A stretch of 62,788 nucleotides of DNA, counting the filler, from Rhabdomonas costata (taxonomy: Eukaryota), in the NCBI GenBank assembly GCA_019059605.1. It is 32 parts of 32 records of this genome, joined end to end, with 100 filler letters (N's around TTAATTAATTAA, not from the genome) between each part and the next. Parts side by side here need not be neighbours in the genome. Positions count along the whole stretch, not along the records: positions 49,140 to 51,012 come from JAHMHO010008024.1; positions 51,113 to 52,977 come from JAHMHO010008025.1; positions 53,078 to 54,940 come from JAHMHO010008026.1; positions 55,041 to 56,905 come from JAHMHO010008027.1; positions 57,006 to 58,859 come from JAHMHO010008028.1; positions 58,960 to 60,823 come from JAHMHO010008029.1; positions 60,924 to 62,788 come from JAHMHO010008030.1; 25 more parts are not named here. One strand, given 5' to 3'. Within the stretch, counting starts at the first letter, position 1, and every line of letters starts with the position of its first letter. Both the position numbers and the translations under genes were made by a program. Positions 50,906-62,788 of this stretch are shown here, piece after piece. The notes under the pieces are model-generated. The model did not search any database, was not told the origin of the DNA, and saw only the letters and a list, made by a program, of their open reading frames with translations.

Positions 50906-52644
50906 ATGTCAGGTGCACCCCCACATCAGGGTAAAGTTGGTGTCCCTAAAGGTGAAAAGAGAGATGCAGGAGAGATGGGATGGGGGGTGCACCAAAGATG
51001 GGCTAAAGGACCNNNNNNNNNNNNNNNNNNNNNNNNNNNNNNNNNNNNNNNNNNNNTTAATTAATTAANNNNNNNNNNNNNNNNNNNNNNNNNNNNNNNN
51101 NNNNNNNNNNNNGTTTTTACTTTATTTAATTTGAAGTTTTTGTGAAATTTAAAGCCTTCTTTACTTTCAGGTCAATTATTTGAATTATTTTTTAGTCATT
51201 TTGTATTCGCAATGGTGTGCAAAACTCATTTCAAAAGCAACTGTGACTGTGAAGTACTAAAGTACCATCAAACAAGGCGCCGTTATAGCAGCACGTAAAA
51301 TGGGTCATGATGCTTGTTGAAAATTACTTTTGACATTTTATTTGAAACGGCGATATCTTTGAATTGAAACAGAATCACATAGCAACCAATAATTCAACCA
51401 TACTTGACATTCAACTCGAACCGTATCCCTTACCATAAACCAAGTGAGAGACTATGTTAGCGCTCACGGTGAACACTTAAATCACATTAAATAACGTTTT
51501 GAATTCAGTATATTACATTCAGGATGATGTAATATGTGTTGCTATTTTATTGCTTTTTTGATTTTCTATTGTAGTTTACTTGTGAGATTATGTAAAATTA
51601 TAAATAGTTGCTTTAGTGCTTTTTATGCATGGCTTTTAAACGCTTGGTTGCTGAGTGCACGTTGCAAAGAAGAATACAGAGAAATTTGCTCCCAAACTTA
51701 CTTTTAAAAATAGAAACATTTTTTTAAGAATTAACTCTGTGAAACCTCCAGCAATAACCACAATGATTACAGAACCAAGATGGCTTCCCTTTGGCAGACG
51801 TATAAAACGGCTGCACATTTTGAGTACATTTTGATTGTGAATTTATACCAATCTGTCATCTACTGAAGACTTATTGATTTTTTTGTTTGACAGTTTTGTT
51901 AATTATACATTGTTCTGAGAAATATAAGTCGGAACGTTTACGAACTAATACCAGCGTTGACATAATTCACATTTTTCAATGTGTGGAAGCTTCTACAAAT
52001 TACGTTGTATTACGTAATTATTCTCTTAATCAGAAATTGGATATCAGCACTATTATTATTGTATTCCAACATCTGTAAAAAAAAGTAAATATTAGTGTAG
52101 GTTCACGCGTTTTGAGAACACTGCAGTTACTTACAGCAAATTATTTGCCTCAAAAGCCATCATAAGCTAATCGGAGCTCAAAAAGACAGTAAAAAGGATA
52201 GGTATTGGTGTTTACAATAAACGTGACATTACAAATTACCGCATTGAAGCGTCATTGAATTTCTTTGCAATAGATTATATGCATCTGATTTCGCCTGTCA
52301 TTGAATATGTGTAATTTTACTTATGTACTATTTTCAATAAATTTAATGCAGTTTATGTCTGCAGATTATGCATCTGAATGGTAAGTTTTGTGCGCTGGCG
52401 TGGTTTCACGATACCACATAATTCACAGCTTTACATTTCATATCAAGAATTACCATTTAAACTAACAAACAAACAAACACTACAAACCATATACACAGAA
52501 AACGTTTTACGTTTGCAATTGAAAGAAAACTGTAACAAATTGTGTCGAGATGTTTGTGCATATGAAATGCACACAAAAACGTTGTGGACGACTCTAAACA
52601 CAAATTACTCAACGTGTTACATTTTACTCAAAGTTGTTTTTTGA

Positions 52645-52977
52645 GGCGCTCGTATACTACGCGCACCCCCCCTACCCAAGTATACAACAAGCACCACCAT
52701 GCACTCCGGGAAGAAGCCGCAAGAAACGTCACGTCTAATCCAGAAGCCAAGAAGTAGCAGCGTGTCTAAAGAGACGCTTTCTTTCCAAGGAGAAGCATAA
52801 TGCCCTTTTCATAGTTTGAGAGTGAATACCATGGCGAGTAGGGTAAACAAACTCGGCCTCGGAGTAATTGAGAGCAATGTGTTTGTAAACCAAAGCAGAG
52901 AGATTGGTCCTGTAAGCGCGTAGCATGTCTGAAACAACCCAGCTTCCCGGAGACACAAAACGAGTGACCAAAACAAC
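52645..52977 (-). mobile_element. Merlin (IS1595/ISXO2-like) DDE transposase remnant with probable terminal repeat
   Basis: FVSPGSWVVSDMLRAY..L...YKHIALNYSE.EFVYP..GIHSQTMK matches PG[ST]xIxSDxWRAY...GYxHxxVNHS..FVDP..GxH[ST]xxIE. Composition switches abruptly at GGCGCTCG (52645). Confidence 0.85.
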
Positions 52978-53599
52978 NNNNNNNNNNNNNNNNNNNNNNN
53001 NNNNNNNNNNNNNNNNNNNNNTTAATTAATTAANNNNNNNNNNNNNNNNNNNNNNNNNNNNNNNNNNNNNNNNNNNNTGTGTTGGGTGTTTGTAGAGGAG
53101 TGTGCGTGCGTGCGTGCGTGCTGTGTTTGTGTGTGTTGGGGGAGGAGGAGCGGTGCGGACACTGATATCACACTGCTGCGTCGTGCATTATGTGTTGGGA
53201 GGACATTCTCTTTCGGGAAGCATCGATGCTTAACTTTGATTCAAGTCCACCAGAATGAGCACATGGGATTCATGCATTTTAGCGAAGAATGAGGAGGGTG
53301 AGTCGGAGGCTGAAGTTGTGGGTATATGGCTAGACATTTGGCGAGATTGTCCGAAACGGGGATTTCGGTGGGATTGGTGAAATTGGTGCCACAGTTTTGC
53401 GGTTTGGGGGGGGGGGCATTTCTGAGGATCCCACACATCTGTTGCAGGGTTCTTTGTGACCATGTGAGAGCCTGTGAGAGCCTGTGAGTCCACAGTAAAA
53501 TTGTTAATGCTGGACTTTCGGAGGAACCACAGTAGCGAGTGAGCCGCACCACTTCCGGGCAACATGCTGAAAAGCGAAGACGCCTTTCTCCCATCACAG

Positions 53600-54774
53600 T
53601 ACCCTGCCAGTACCTCCTGGTCGACGGGATGGTGCAGACCCAGCTCAACGGCTTCTACGCGCGCAGCGTGACGGTCAACGGGCGGCCCAGTTTTTTGCTG
53701 CTTGGGGGCCGCGCGAAGCTTTTCTGGACCGGCGCGAACACCTTCATCTCGGTGTGGCTGCTGGGTAACAATTTCAGCTCGAACGCGTACTACGCCTACC
53801 TCGCGGACGACGTGGCCGACCCCTCCCTCAGCACTCGCGGGTGGACTGTCTATAACCCCCGGGTGGATCGCGACCAGACAAACGTCTCCGTAGCATGCAC
53901 GTGTATCTTCAACACCCCAGGCATGGCTCGTATTCTCGTAGCTTGTCGTGTTTGTCACGAGCTGAGCTTGTTCTCAAATCAGAATGTCAGGCCGCTAGTT
54001 TTTTCAGCTTAAAAACTGAAAGGGTTGCGGATGGTTGATAACCCCCACATGTGGGGGTTATCGATGGTTTTGGGGGAGAAAGCACGAAAGCATCCTGATA
54101 TGGAAACGGTGTGTCACGTCAATGAAGGGTTGTGGAAATGGTGACAGGTGATTGTTGGGGGAGGGGGATCGGGGAAGATGGTGTGCGATACGAAGTCATT
54201 TTTCAAGCTGGAATTTGGAAGCGTGCTGGTGTTCTGGACATTGTGGTGCGAAAGCGAAAGATTCCTGGTGTTCGAGTTTCTTGTTTGCTGTCTTTGTGTT
54301 ACTTGACACACCGCTTCGCTTGCAGATGATTCCGGAGCTGAGGGGTCGTTCCCACGGCGGTGGCTTGTCTTTGCGGTTACCCTGGCTCTGTCCGTGGCTC
54401 TTCCTCTGGGCTTGGCGTGAGATCCCCCCTCTCCCGCTGCCTTTGAATTGAAATGGTGAGTTTTTTCCTTCCTCCTTGGGTGCTCTGCTTGAAAACCTCG
54501 AAAGCATACACCCCCTGCCCCCTTCCCTCCTTTTGTTCTAACGCGCGACGTGTGCTGGCAAATGCTGTCTCGGTTAGCAGCAGTAATATCCGAACGACCT
54601 TACTTCCCCAACTCCCAGCTCTGCTTCTGGGAGGTGTGCAGATGACTTGTGAGGTGAGGTTGCTTCGGGTCTTGTCCTTCCTCACCCCACAACACCCCAA
54701 TCCCAGTGCCGTATCCCTGTGCTCTGTTGTGCGCTGTTGGTGCTCCCACACTGCTGTGCAAATATTGCCCTGTG
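53600..54774 (+). CDS. Single-pass membrane protein with an 'NGFY' extracellular module
   Basis: Exon 53600-53902 (phase 1-1, 101 codons, PCQYLLVDGMVQTQLNGFYARSVTVNGRPSF...WLLG...GWTVY...VAC); exon 54326-54416 (RRWLVFAVTLALSVALPLGLA, TM); exon 54707-~54774 (AVSLCSVVRCWC). Confidence 0.8.
54030..54069. mobile_element. 26-bp perfect palindrome flanked by a 7-bp direct repeat
   Basis: GATGGTT-GATAACCCCCACA|TGTGGGGGTTATC-GATGGTT. Confidence 0.65.
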
Positions 54775-54813
54775 GCAAAAGGGCAAAGGAAAAGGTGTGT
54801 TTTCTCTTTTCTT

Positions 54814-54935
54814 GGGTTTATGCATTGCAGAGGTTGGGCAAAGAAGGAGTTGAGGGTGGCCGCTCTTTTCGTCGCGACGAAAAGAGCGGCCACCCTCAAC
54901 TCCTTCTTTGCCCAACCTCTGCAATGCATAAACCC
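54814..54935. repeat. Contig-terminal perfect palindrome (probable fold-back chimera)
   Basis: Arms of ~61 bp with no loop, centre 54874/54875. Confidence 0.85.
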
Positions 54936-55040
54936 CCCACNNNNNNNNNNNNNNNNNNNNNNNNNNNNNNNNNNNNNNNNNNNNTTAATTAATTAANNNN
55001 NNNNNNNNNNNNNNNNNNNNNNNNNNNNNNNNNNNNNNNN

Positions 55041-56783
55041 GGGGGTGGTTGAGCAGGCGGTGCAAGACCCCCCGCCTGGACTTCTCTCGGCAGAACTCAA
55101 GGTGCTGCCGGACGGAATCGGATACAAACTGAGGAAACAGCTGCGGGAATTTTTGGAAGACAATGGGCAGCCAGGAGAGGTCCACGGAGAGCACTGCCTT
55201 GCCATCGCCGAAGAAATTCTCGCACTGCTTCATCCCGCGGTGAATGTTCGCCTCGTCAACAATATCTGGCTTTAGCATCGTGCCAGTGATGGCATTCCTG
55301 GCCAGTCTGTCGTGTATGCTCCTGGCGTTCAGAAAGTACCCTAAGTATACGCGAAAAGATGCCGCGGGGCACGACCAGCAATCCAGGAGGGAGTAGCCAA
55401 AGCGGAGAAAGCATCCGGATCTATGCAAACACCGAATACGGACAGCGCCGTCTTCTGCTGAAGTTTCTTTCCGACGGCCGCAGCACCCACCGCACCCAGC
55501 GCAAAACTCCCTTTCGCCTTTTGGAGCACTGCTAAATTAGACATCGTAGTTCGGACAATTGGATGTCGGATTAAAACACAAAAACTGAGAGTGAGAAATT
55601 CAGGGACTGACGGACAGAAGGTGGATGTGCATCCAACGGAGCGGCCAGACAGAGACAGGACTTCAAAAAAAGGGGCACCAAGACAGAAAGCGTTGCTCTT
55701 CCTTCCGAGTCCAGCAATATCACGATGCGAAGCTAAATGTTGTAACAAACTGAAGCGTTTGAAGCACCCAAGCGTCTCCCTCAAGTCAACCATTCAAAAA
55801 AGGCGAAGGACATAAAACATTACAACATTCACCCATACCTAGGTGCCAACCAGAGGGGTACACGGAACGAGGATAGGTGTCGAAGCCATCGCGCAGGTTG
55901 CCGGAACGGCTCCGGAACTCCTCCACCGTAGCAGCTACCCCGAAGTGCACTGGGTGCACATAACACCCCGTGTGGTAGTAGTACATCGGCATTTCCAGGC
56001 TGATCAGGCCGCGGTCAAACGTGCACCACCGCAGGGCAGAGGCCAAACGCCGCGACGGGATCTCATCGGAATTCGAAACAATGACCTAAATGGAAAGAGT
56101 CACGGGTGTCGGTAAAGACTGGCTCAGGATGTTCACACGGTCATGTCTGCGTGCCGCCCTCTTGATGTTGTGGAAATGTGCGAAAAAACTCGAGAAAAAA
56201 ACACTGAAGTCTAAGCGCATGTCAAACACACAGAGCGTTCCGGAAAAACAAACTCAAACACAACCACGTCGGTAGGATCGGCGTCACGCACGCAGTCCGC
56301 GACCGCCAGCTGGCGCTGTTCCCCCTCGCGGGCCCAGAAGTCATCGGTCGAAAAACGCGACAGGTTCGACTCCACCCACCGAATGCTGCACTCTGCGAAC
56401 CTTCTTTGCACATCTCTGAAGCGCAGCGGCTTAGGGTGCCCAAAGTATGTCACACCGGAGTCAAACAGGAAATGGGTGTACACCTCCGTCTTCAGCTCCT
56501 CCAGCCGAATCCGAAGGACATCCAGTTCACCGCTGAAAGGGAAGGCATCGTACAGCTTGGCTGGAGTGGCGCGCGGCTTCCCTCCAGGAAGCATCTTGCA
56601 AAGCGCGGATATGTTCGCAGGGCGACCACTTTGTAAAAGCTTCGGCCTCGACGGTGGCGGTGGTTGGAGCGCTGCTTTCCCTAGAATTCTGGATGTCTGC
56701 GCATCACGGACCAGAGGGACAACAAAAAGCACCGCAAATGTCACCATGGCTACGCAGCACACGCAAATGTCAATCTTCGGCAT
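55041..56783 (-). CDS. Glycosyltransferase family 17 (MGAT3/GnT-III-like), type II membrane protein, 3' end truncated
   Basis: Exons 56783-56265, 56085-55839 and 55340-55041: N-terminal TM; KLYDAFPFSGELDVLRIRLEEL; TYFGHPKPLRF; WAREGEQR; DV|VIVSNSDEIP; MYYY; GWHL|GYF. Confidence 0.92.
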
Positions 56784-58580
56784 GCCCCCCCTCCCCACCT
56801 CCTGAAGTAAAAAGTAAGCTAAGAAGAGAGAAAGCAAAAAGTAGGACAAGGCAGGCGGACCAACCCCACGAAGGACCAACACACAGGCAGGTAATCTCAC
56901 AACACNNNNNNNNNNNNNNNNNNNNNNNNNNNNNNNNNNNNNNNNNNNNTTAATTAATTAANNNNNNNNNNNNNNNNNNNNNNNNNNNNNNNNNNNNNNN
57001 NNNNNGTTTTTGGGTTGAATCCTGGAGTACTATTCTTGGAGTTGGGCTTCCCGGCGCTAATTGGTCGCTTGCGCCTCAGACCCTGTAGTGCTTCACCCCC
57101 AAGGGGCCCTTGCGACTTTTCTGACCAATGGCATGCGCTGTGTGGGGCGGACGCTGGATGAAGATAGTGTGGAATTCACCTTTTCTGAAGGCCGAACTCA
57201 CACGAGCGATGGGGGAGGTCTCCCATATGCATTTTTCTGAACTTTTTTCGCTTCTCTTGTTTCCGTTTGATTTCCCCCTCCAAATTAAGCACCGTTCCCT
57301 ACAATCCGACTAATCTCCCCAAAAAGTTTTGGCTGTGGATCAGGTTTTCAGCATTTGGAATGCGAACAAAAGGGTTGTGCGCGGGATTTACTTTTTAATC
57401 CTTTTGTTATGTGTCCTCGTACCACTTCCAGTTCCGTTTTTACGGAAAACCGGAATAACAGGCTCCTTCGAATCAAAACGGGGTCGTCGTAACTAGACGA
57501 TGACGTTTTAGCAGTCGGTAGTTTCCTATGGTCCAACCGGCCGTTCCTTACTGATGAGAATTTTTTGCATCTTAAAAATATACCCACACAGAAATCTGGC
57601 ACCGGAGGCGGCAAAGCGAGCGTTTGGGGCGGGAATTGGACGAGAACGGTGGTCATTTCCCGGTCGTGCGTCTCTTTCGGGGCGTCTCGGGGGTCATCTC
57701 GAGCCTGCCCCTTTACACCTGTCACGTCGCCCCGCAGGTATGTTCGAAAAGGAAATGCTGAAATCAAAACCTCGTGGAAAATAACCCCGAAGTTGGAAGG
57801 AGGTCGTGTTTTCGACATGCGAATTCAAGGATCTGTACTTGGGTGGTGTGCCCCAAAACTTGCAAAATTCGATTTGCTCGCCGTGTGGTTGCTTTTCGTT
57901 TTTGTGCATCCTCTTTCCCATTTTTGTGCGCCTCTCCCGTTGCCTTCGTGCTGTCTACGTATATTGTTATTTAGCTGCCAGCGCCGCGGTGTGAGAAATC
58001 CTTGCCGGATGTGCCGCCTGGTTGCCCGTTCACTCGTCCCTCTTTTCTGTTTAAATCTTTCGTGCCAGCATTCAGTATTGAATTTTTCTGTTCATGAACC
58101 TGTCCGCGCTGGAACTTTTGTGAAGCATGTCCAAGTGCTTAAGTTTCATGGATCTTGGAGGCTTATGTGTCAAAACTTCGGGAACTTGCTTAGTTTGTTT
58201 GCAGTGGAGGCTTACCGAAACGCATTTCCAGCGTCCAGCGCCGGTCGACCAAGTACTCATCTCACGATCGCGCAAAGAAGGGCTGGAGTATTCAAAATCC
58301 AATGTTTTTGAGCCAAGAGAATTAGCGGCACAAGGAGTCGGGCAAACCGTAGAAATAAAACAGGGCCACACTAGTTTCAACGGTTTGCTGAGGAATGTGC
58401 CCTTAATGTTTCATGTTTTCTAATGTCGGTCTGACTACAGAACGAAGGGTAGGAAGGAATCCCCAAGTGCCCACATGCACTCGTTCGACGTGACCCAAAA
58501 ATCCTGGTATGAGTACAACTGTTCCAACGCACCATTCAGTCATCGGGCCCGAATTTGCGCACTCTCTGACCAGCACCCGG

Positions 58581-58805
58581 CTACGTAGCCTCATCAGGGA
58601 AGTACTTTTTGATGACATTCCGTCGCTTGGACTGTGCCTGCGAGGCGGATGCCTCCGGAACCTCACCACGCAACTTGGGTTTATATGAAGGATGCGCCAG
58701 CACCGCGTCAAACACACGGCTGAGCTCAGAGAAACGGTAGTCATTTTCCACCATAGTTATGAGCAGCCAGGTGTCAAAGATCTCCTTCACCACTGCCGGG
58801 ATGTC
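58581..58805 (-). CDS. Terminal exon of an unknown protein
   Basis: ttag|GAC...: DIPAVVKEIFDTWLLITMVENDYRFSELSRVFDAVLAHPSYKPKLR...KKYFPDEAT*. Confidence 0.55.
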   Translation of the reverse strand, partial: DIPAVVKEIFDTWLLITMVENDYRFSELSRVFDAVLAHPSYKPKLRGEVPEASASQAQSKRRNVIKKYFPDEAT

Positions 58806-58966
58806 CTAAGTCCAGCATGCAAAGAAGATACACTGAAAAAATCGGGGAGCAAACCAAAANNNNNNNNNNNNNNNNNNNNNNNNNNNNNNNNNNNNNNNNN
58901 NNNTTAATTAATTAANNNNNNNNNNNNNNNNNNNNNNNNNNNNNNNNNNNNNNNNNNNNGGTGGTT

Positions 58967-59127
58967 TAATCGCAACTGTGTTCGGCAGGATGATTACCTA
59001 TATGGTATACAACCCACAATGCCCCCCTACCATTATCGTTCACATGAGTGTGAACGATAATGGTAGGGGGGCATTGTGGGTTGTATACCATATAGGTAAT
59101 CATCCTGCCGAACGCAGTTGCGATTAG
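58967..59127. repeat. Contig-terminal hairpin (probable fold-back chimera)
   Basis: Arms of ~78 bp with a tiny loop and one mismatch near the contig start. Confidence 0.85.
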
Positions 59128-59270
59128 ACCATCTATATGAAGAGGAGAACTGACAGCTGCCCGCGCTCGCTGCACCGCGGACTGGCTTCCGTGATAATTC
59201 ATTCACCGATACCCAGCAACAGGCGAGTCTGCATCCTCCCAAAAGTGCTTTTGGGCTGGTCTGAGACACC

Positions 59271-60803
59271 TTCAGGGACTGTAGCCTGAGGACGGCGGTC
59301 TCCGCAGATGCTGTGCCCTCCTTCACGAGCTTCGCCGCGGTTGCCTGGATCAGGCTGTCCAGCTGTGCCCACAAAACCGCAACCTCCCAGGACCGCAGCA
59401 CACGGATGCGGAACAGAGAGGCTCACCAAAGAAACATGTGGACACCAATCCCAAAGGGGGCGGGTTCAGTTTCGTAGGACGACTGGGGAGGGGAGGCAGT
59501 GGTAACCGAGCTACGTAATTGACTTCGCACCCTATGAAGCGGCAATGCAATTGAAGGCAACACAAGAATTTCATAACGTCCCTCCCCCCATTGAGCCTTT
59601 TTACTGCTCACCGGTATATAACATCTCACCCCATCAACTTCAAAACCAGTTGCAGCGAAGTGCACAAGAGGAAACTTGGGGAATGAGCCTTTTCTTAGTT
59701 CAAGGCAGATCAAAGGGGGAAAGGGGAAGGAGGGTGCGGGAATGTTGGCAGGCACCATGCTCTCTGAAATCCACGGGCACCGGCAGGCCAGGTGGAACGC
59801 TGTCTGCCGCCGCAGCTGGTCCCGTGCCAAGGGGTCGGCGGAGCTCCCCAGAAGGAGCTCCACCACCGCGGGGTCTGCCGCACCAATGAGTGCGAGCATG
59901 AGAGGGGTGTAGCCTTGTAGCCTCGGGGCCTGCAGCCTGCGCTGCAGCTGAGGTGGATCCAACAGCGCCGCCACAATCGCAGGAAAGCCCTACAGCCCAA
60001 CACAAGACACAAAAGTGGGCTTGGGTGGGAACCCAGAATAACGGGAGACTCACAGAGAAGCAAATTATTGCACAAGTTATGCTAAGATGTCAGGGTTCTC
60101 CCGCATGTGGATTTGCCTGTGGAACAACAATCAAGCAAAGCCACACAATGCTGCAAGGGACAGGGGCAGAGAGGTACCTGGTAAATAGCGGCGAAGAACG
60201 GAGTCCAGCCCATGTCGGTTGGAGCCTGTGCGACCCTGCGCCACGAAAAGCACGAACTTTTCAACCATTGATGAGGCAACCCCCACCACATAATTTGGGT
60301 GAATTATTAATTATCATTTTACTTTTAGACAAACGCATCATTCTCTTGACTTACAAATGCACCAACCAGAACTCATTCTCAAAGTTCCCCCAACAACACG
60401 ATACTCGCTCCACTCGCTTTCAGTTTCCAGAGGGTTCCACCCTGAGCGCTCTGACACGGCGTTGTCAACAACGTGCTGGCCACAGATGTCTGAGAGATCG
60501 GTTCCGTCACCAATTCTTACGACTACCCCGCGAAGTCCTCGCCTGACTGCGGCAATGATATGATGGAGTGATTCTGGTCTAATGTTGTCTGCGCGTGCGC
60601 AAACACACAGAGTGCAAGTACTTGAGCTCTGTGTCAAAGTACCGGACCAGGTCAGGGGCCCCAGCCCAAGCTGCCAGAAGGCTTGCTGTGAGGCCCCCTT
60701 CCGCGGTGGCTGTTGGGTCCGCCCCCGCGTCGATCAGCAGCCGGGCAACGGCGTGGTCCCCACTCAGGCAGGCCATCATAAGAGGGGTCAGCCGGAAGGC
60801 TCC
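59271..60803 (-). CDS. Ankyrin-repeat protein (internal exons)
   Basis: LTPLMMACLSGDHAVARLLIDAGADP; GWTPFFAAIYQ|GFPAIVAALL; GYTPLMLALIG...VVELLLGSSADP; QTAFHLACR. Some junctions are unresolved. Confidence 0.9.
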
Positions 60804-62788
60804 CTGCAGAAAAGCAACCCCCCNNNNNNNNNNNNNNNNNNNNNNNNNNNNNNNNNNNNNNNNNNNNTTAATTAATTAANNNNNNNNNNNNNNNNNNNNN
60901 NNNNNNNNNNNNNNNNNNNNNNNGGGTTGGTGGTACGATCAGATGAATGACTGAGGGGGGGGGTAATCGGACGCCTCTTCTCCATAATGAATTTTCTGCT
61001 GTACAGCGTTCTTCGCTGCCCATAAAGACGCCCCAAGTTTAGATTCCAATGTGATGGCAACATCCACTGTGAGTTTATCGGATGGCAAGTGTTTTGGTGG
61101 GCTTTTTGGAATCTCCCACTGTGATATCGTTCCACGATTTTGCACGACAGGGTATTCTCACACACAGACAAAGTACACGCCACGACAAAAGACAGCGTGC
61201 AGCGACAAGAGCTACAAGAGGCAGCGTGCGTGTCCATTTTGGTCACGGTGACAAATAGCGCGGATTCGGAACTTTAATTCTTTTTCTTTTTGGGATCGGA
61301 AGACGGCGGGGGAGATCACTGGATTATACAATGCGAAGGGGATGGCTGGGACGCGCAGGATTGTTGGCCAATGTCGGACATAGTACCTGCGGCGGCACAC
61401 GCACAGCTCACCCTGTGCAACACTCGGTAGGCCACAAGAACCACCAGCTCAACCCAGAGCGTTTCTGGTGAGGACACCAAGCCACCACCGGCAGGCATTC
61501 AACTCACCCAAAACACACGCAAGACACGGGGAGGACGACGGCTGGAACTCGCGCTCCTGGTCCGAGGAGCAAAAGGGGGACGGTGCTGAGGCAAACCCTA
61601 AGCACGTAGGGATGCGCTTCGTGAGTTTGGAATCAATTGTTGTTTCTGGCCCGTTATCCTTTCAGTGTGTTGGACCCTCTTTTCATCTCTATCACTTTGG
61701 CTTTGCATCTTTGGTTGACACCTTGTCTTCGATGGAATCTCAAACTTCCGAAAGCATTGAAGCGACGTCGGTACTTTTGAGAAAAGGGAGCGTTGGGTTG
61801 TATGATGCGTATTTGTGTTGCTGTGGTTGACGAACTCGAATCCCAGTTGAGTTATCCAAGGACGTTCTGGATGTAGGCACAGGTGCCGTCGGGTATATTT
61901 TTGTGGTTTTGCTTGTTGCTCCGCCCTTCAGGTGGTGGAGAGCTCGGAATCCGTTCCTCGGCAAAGCGTTGGTGGGCTGCACCAAACAAGCTCTAAATAC
62001 TTCCCATCAATTGAGGTGCGCACGCTTTTTTTCGAAGAGGCGGTGAGCTTGGGGATGTGGAAACAAAAAACACTACTGAGTAATGCTTGAGACATGAATG
62101 AACAGTCTGTTTTTTTGAAGTGACAAATTGTGAACCCTTTTCAACTTGATAACGTTTTTGGGGTGAAAGTCTTTCTTTATGAAGCTGCCATGCCAGGTGC
62201 AGTGAAATGCAAAGTGTGTGTGTGTGTGTGTGTGAACCTGCGCGGAGGTGGAATCCCTTGTTAAATTGCCAGACAGGTTAGCAGGCTGGCAGAATGGAAC
62301 CGCCAGGCCCATCTTACTTGTTTGCGATCACATGCAAAAATTGTGCATGACATCCGGAGTTTCGTGACACCAATGAATGAGGGGAAGCACATCTCGCCTT
62401 ATTCCCGCCCAACAATTATGTTAATGGGCTTCCGCACAGATTTTGCTGAAATCCTGTGCTGCGGCGGGTGGTGGTATTTTTCTGTCAATAATTCAGGGCC
62501 GCATTGTAGGGTGTCAGCGCGTGCTTGAGCACGTGGTTGAAAGAAAACAAAATGAAAAGGAGACTAGTTCCGGTGAGGCTCTCCGCCATTGATGAGGGTT
62601 CAGAGGCCGGTTAAAGAGGCCAGGCCTAGAAACTCCCCAGAACAGGGACAAGAAAGAACTGTGCTGCAGTCTTCAGGTCCCAGTGGTGAATGGTGTACAT
62701 CTTGCCCTATGCCTTGACACCCGTTGGGCGTGAGTGGCCATAGTCCTCACTGTAACTAGTCTCCTTTTCATTTTGTTTTCTTTCAACC

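Noticed and set aside
53230..53958. 242-aa minus-strand ORF
   Set aside because: Antisense shadow of the plus-strand NGFY-module exon.

Overview
This window is not a contiguous locus. It consists of 32 unrelated ~1.86-kb eukaryotic contigs joined by artificial 100-nt spacers (N44-TTAATTAATTAA-N44), so nothing can be inferred from adjacency across spacers. Contig ends often carry G/T-only (5') or A/C-only (3') tails and fold-back inversions, typical of a whole-genome-amplified library. The source is an intron-rich flagellated protist: GT-AG introns, a probable GC-AG intron, possible 25-32-nt introns, and several start codons directly behind pyrimidine-tract/AG acceptors. This is compatible with a trans-splicing euglenozoan (inference). 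Manual splicing recovers fragments of a DNAH2-like dynein N-terminus, PUM3/Puf6, an EDR2-C/DUF1336 protein, a G-patch protein, a WD40 protein, a mucolipin-like channel, an extended-SDR/fatty-acyl-reductase-like enzyme, PrimPol, a disintegrin-repeat protein, a GT17 glycosyltransferase, an ankyrin protein and two paralogous surface proteins. Mobile DNA includes a DIRS-type Dam-like methyltransferase with an intact NPPW motif upstream of an LTR-like repeat (second copy on another contig), a Merlin/IS1595 transposase remnant, a repeat family with telomere-like tracts, and a TSD-flanked 26-bp palindrome. No CRISPR array, rRNA or tRNA was seen. All family assignments are by motif recognition from memory, not database search.
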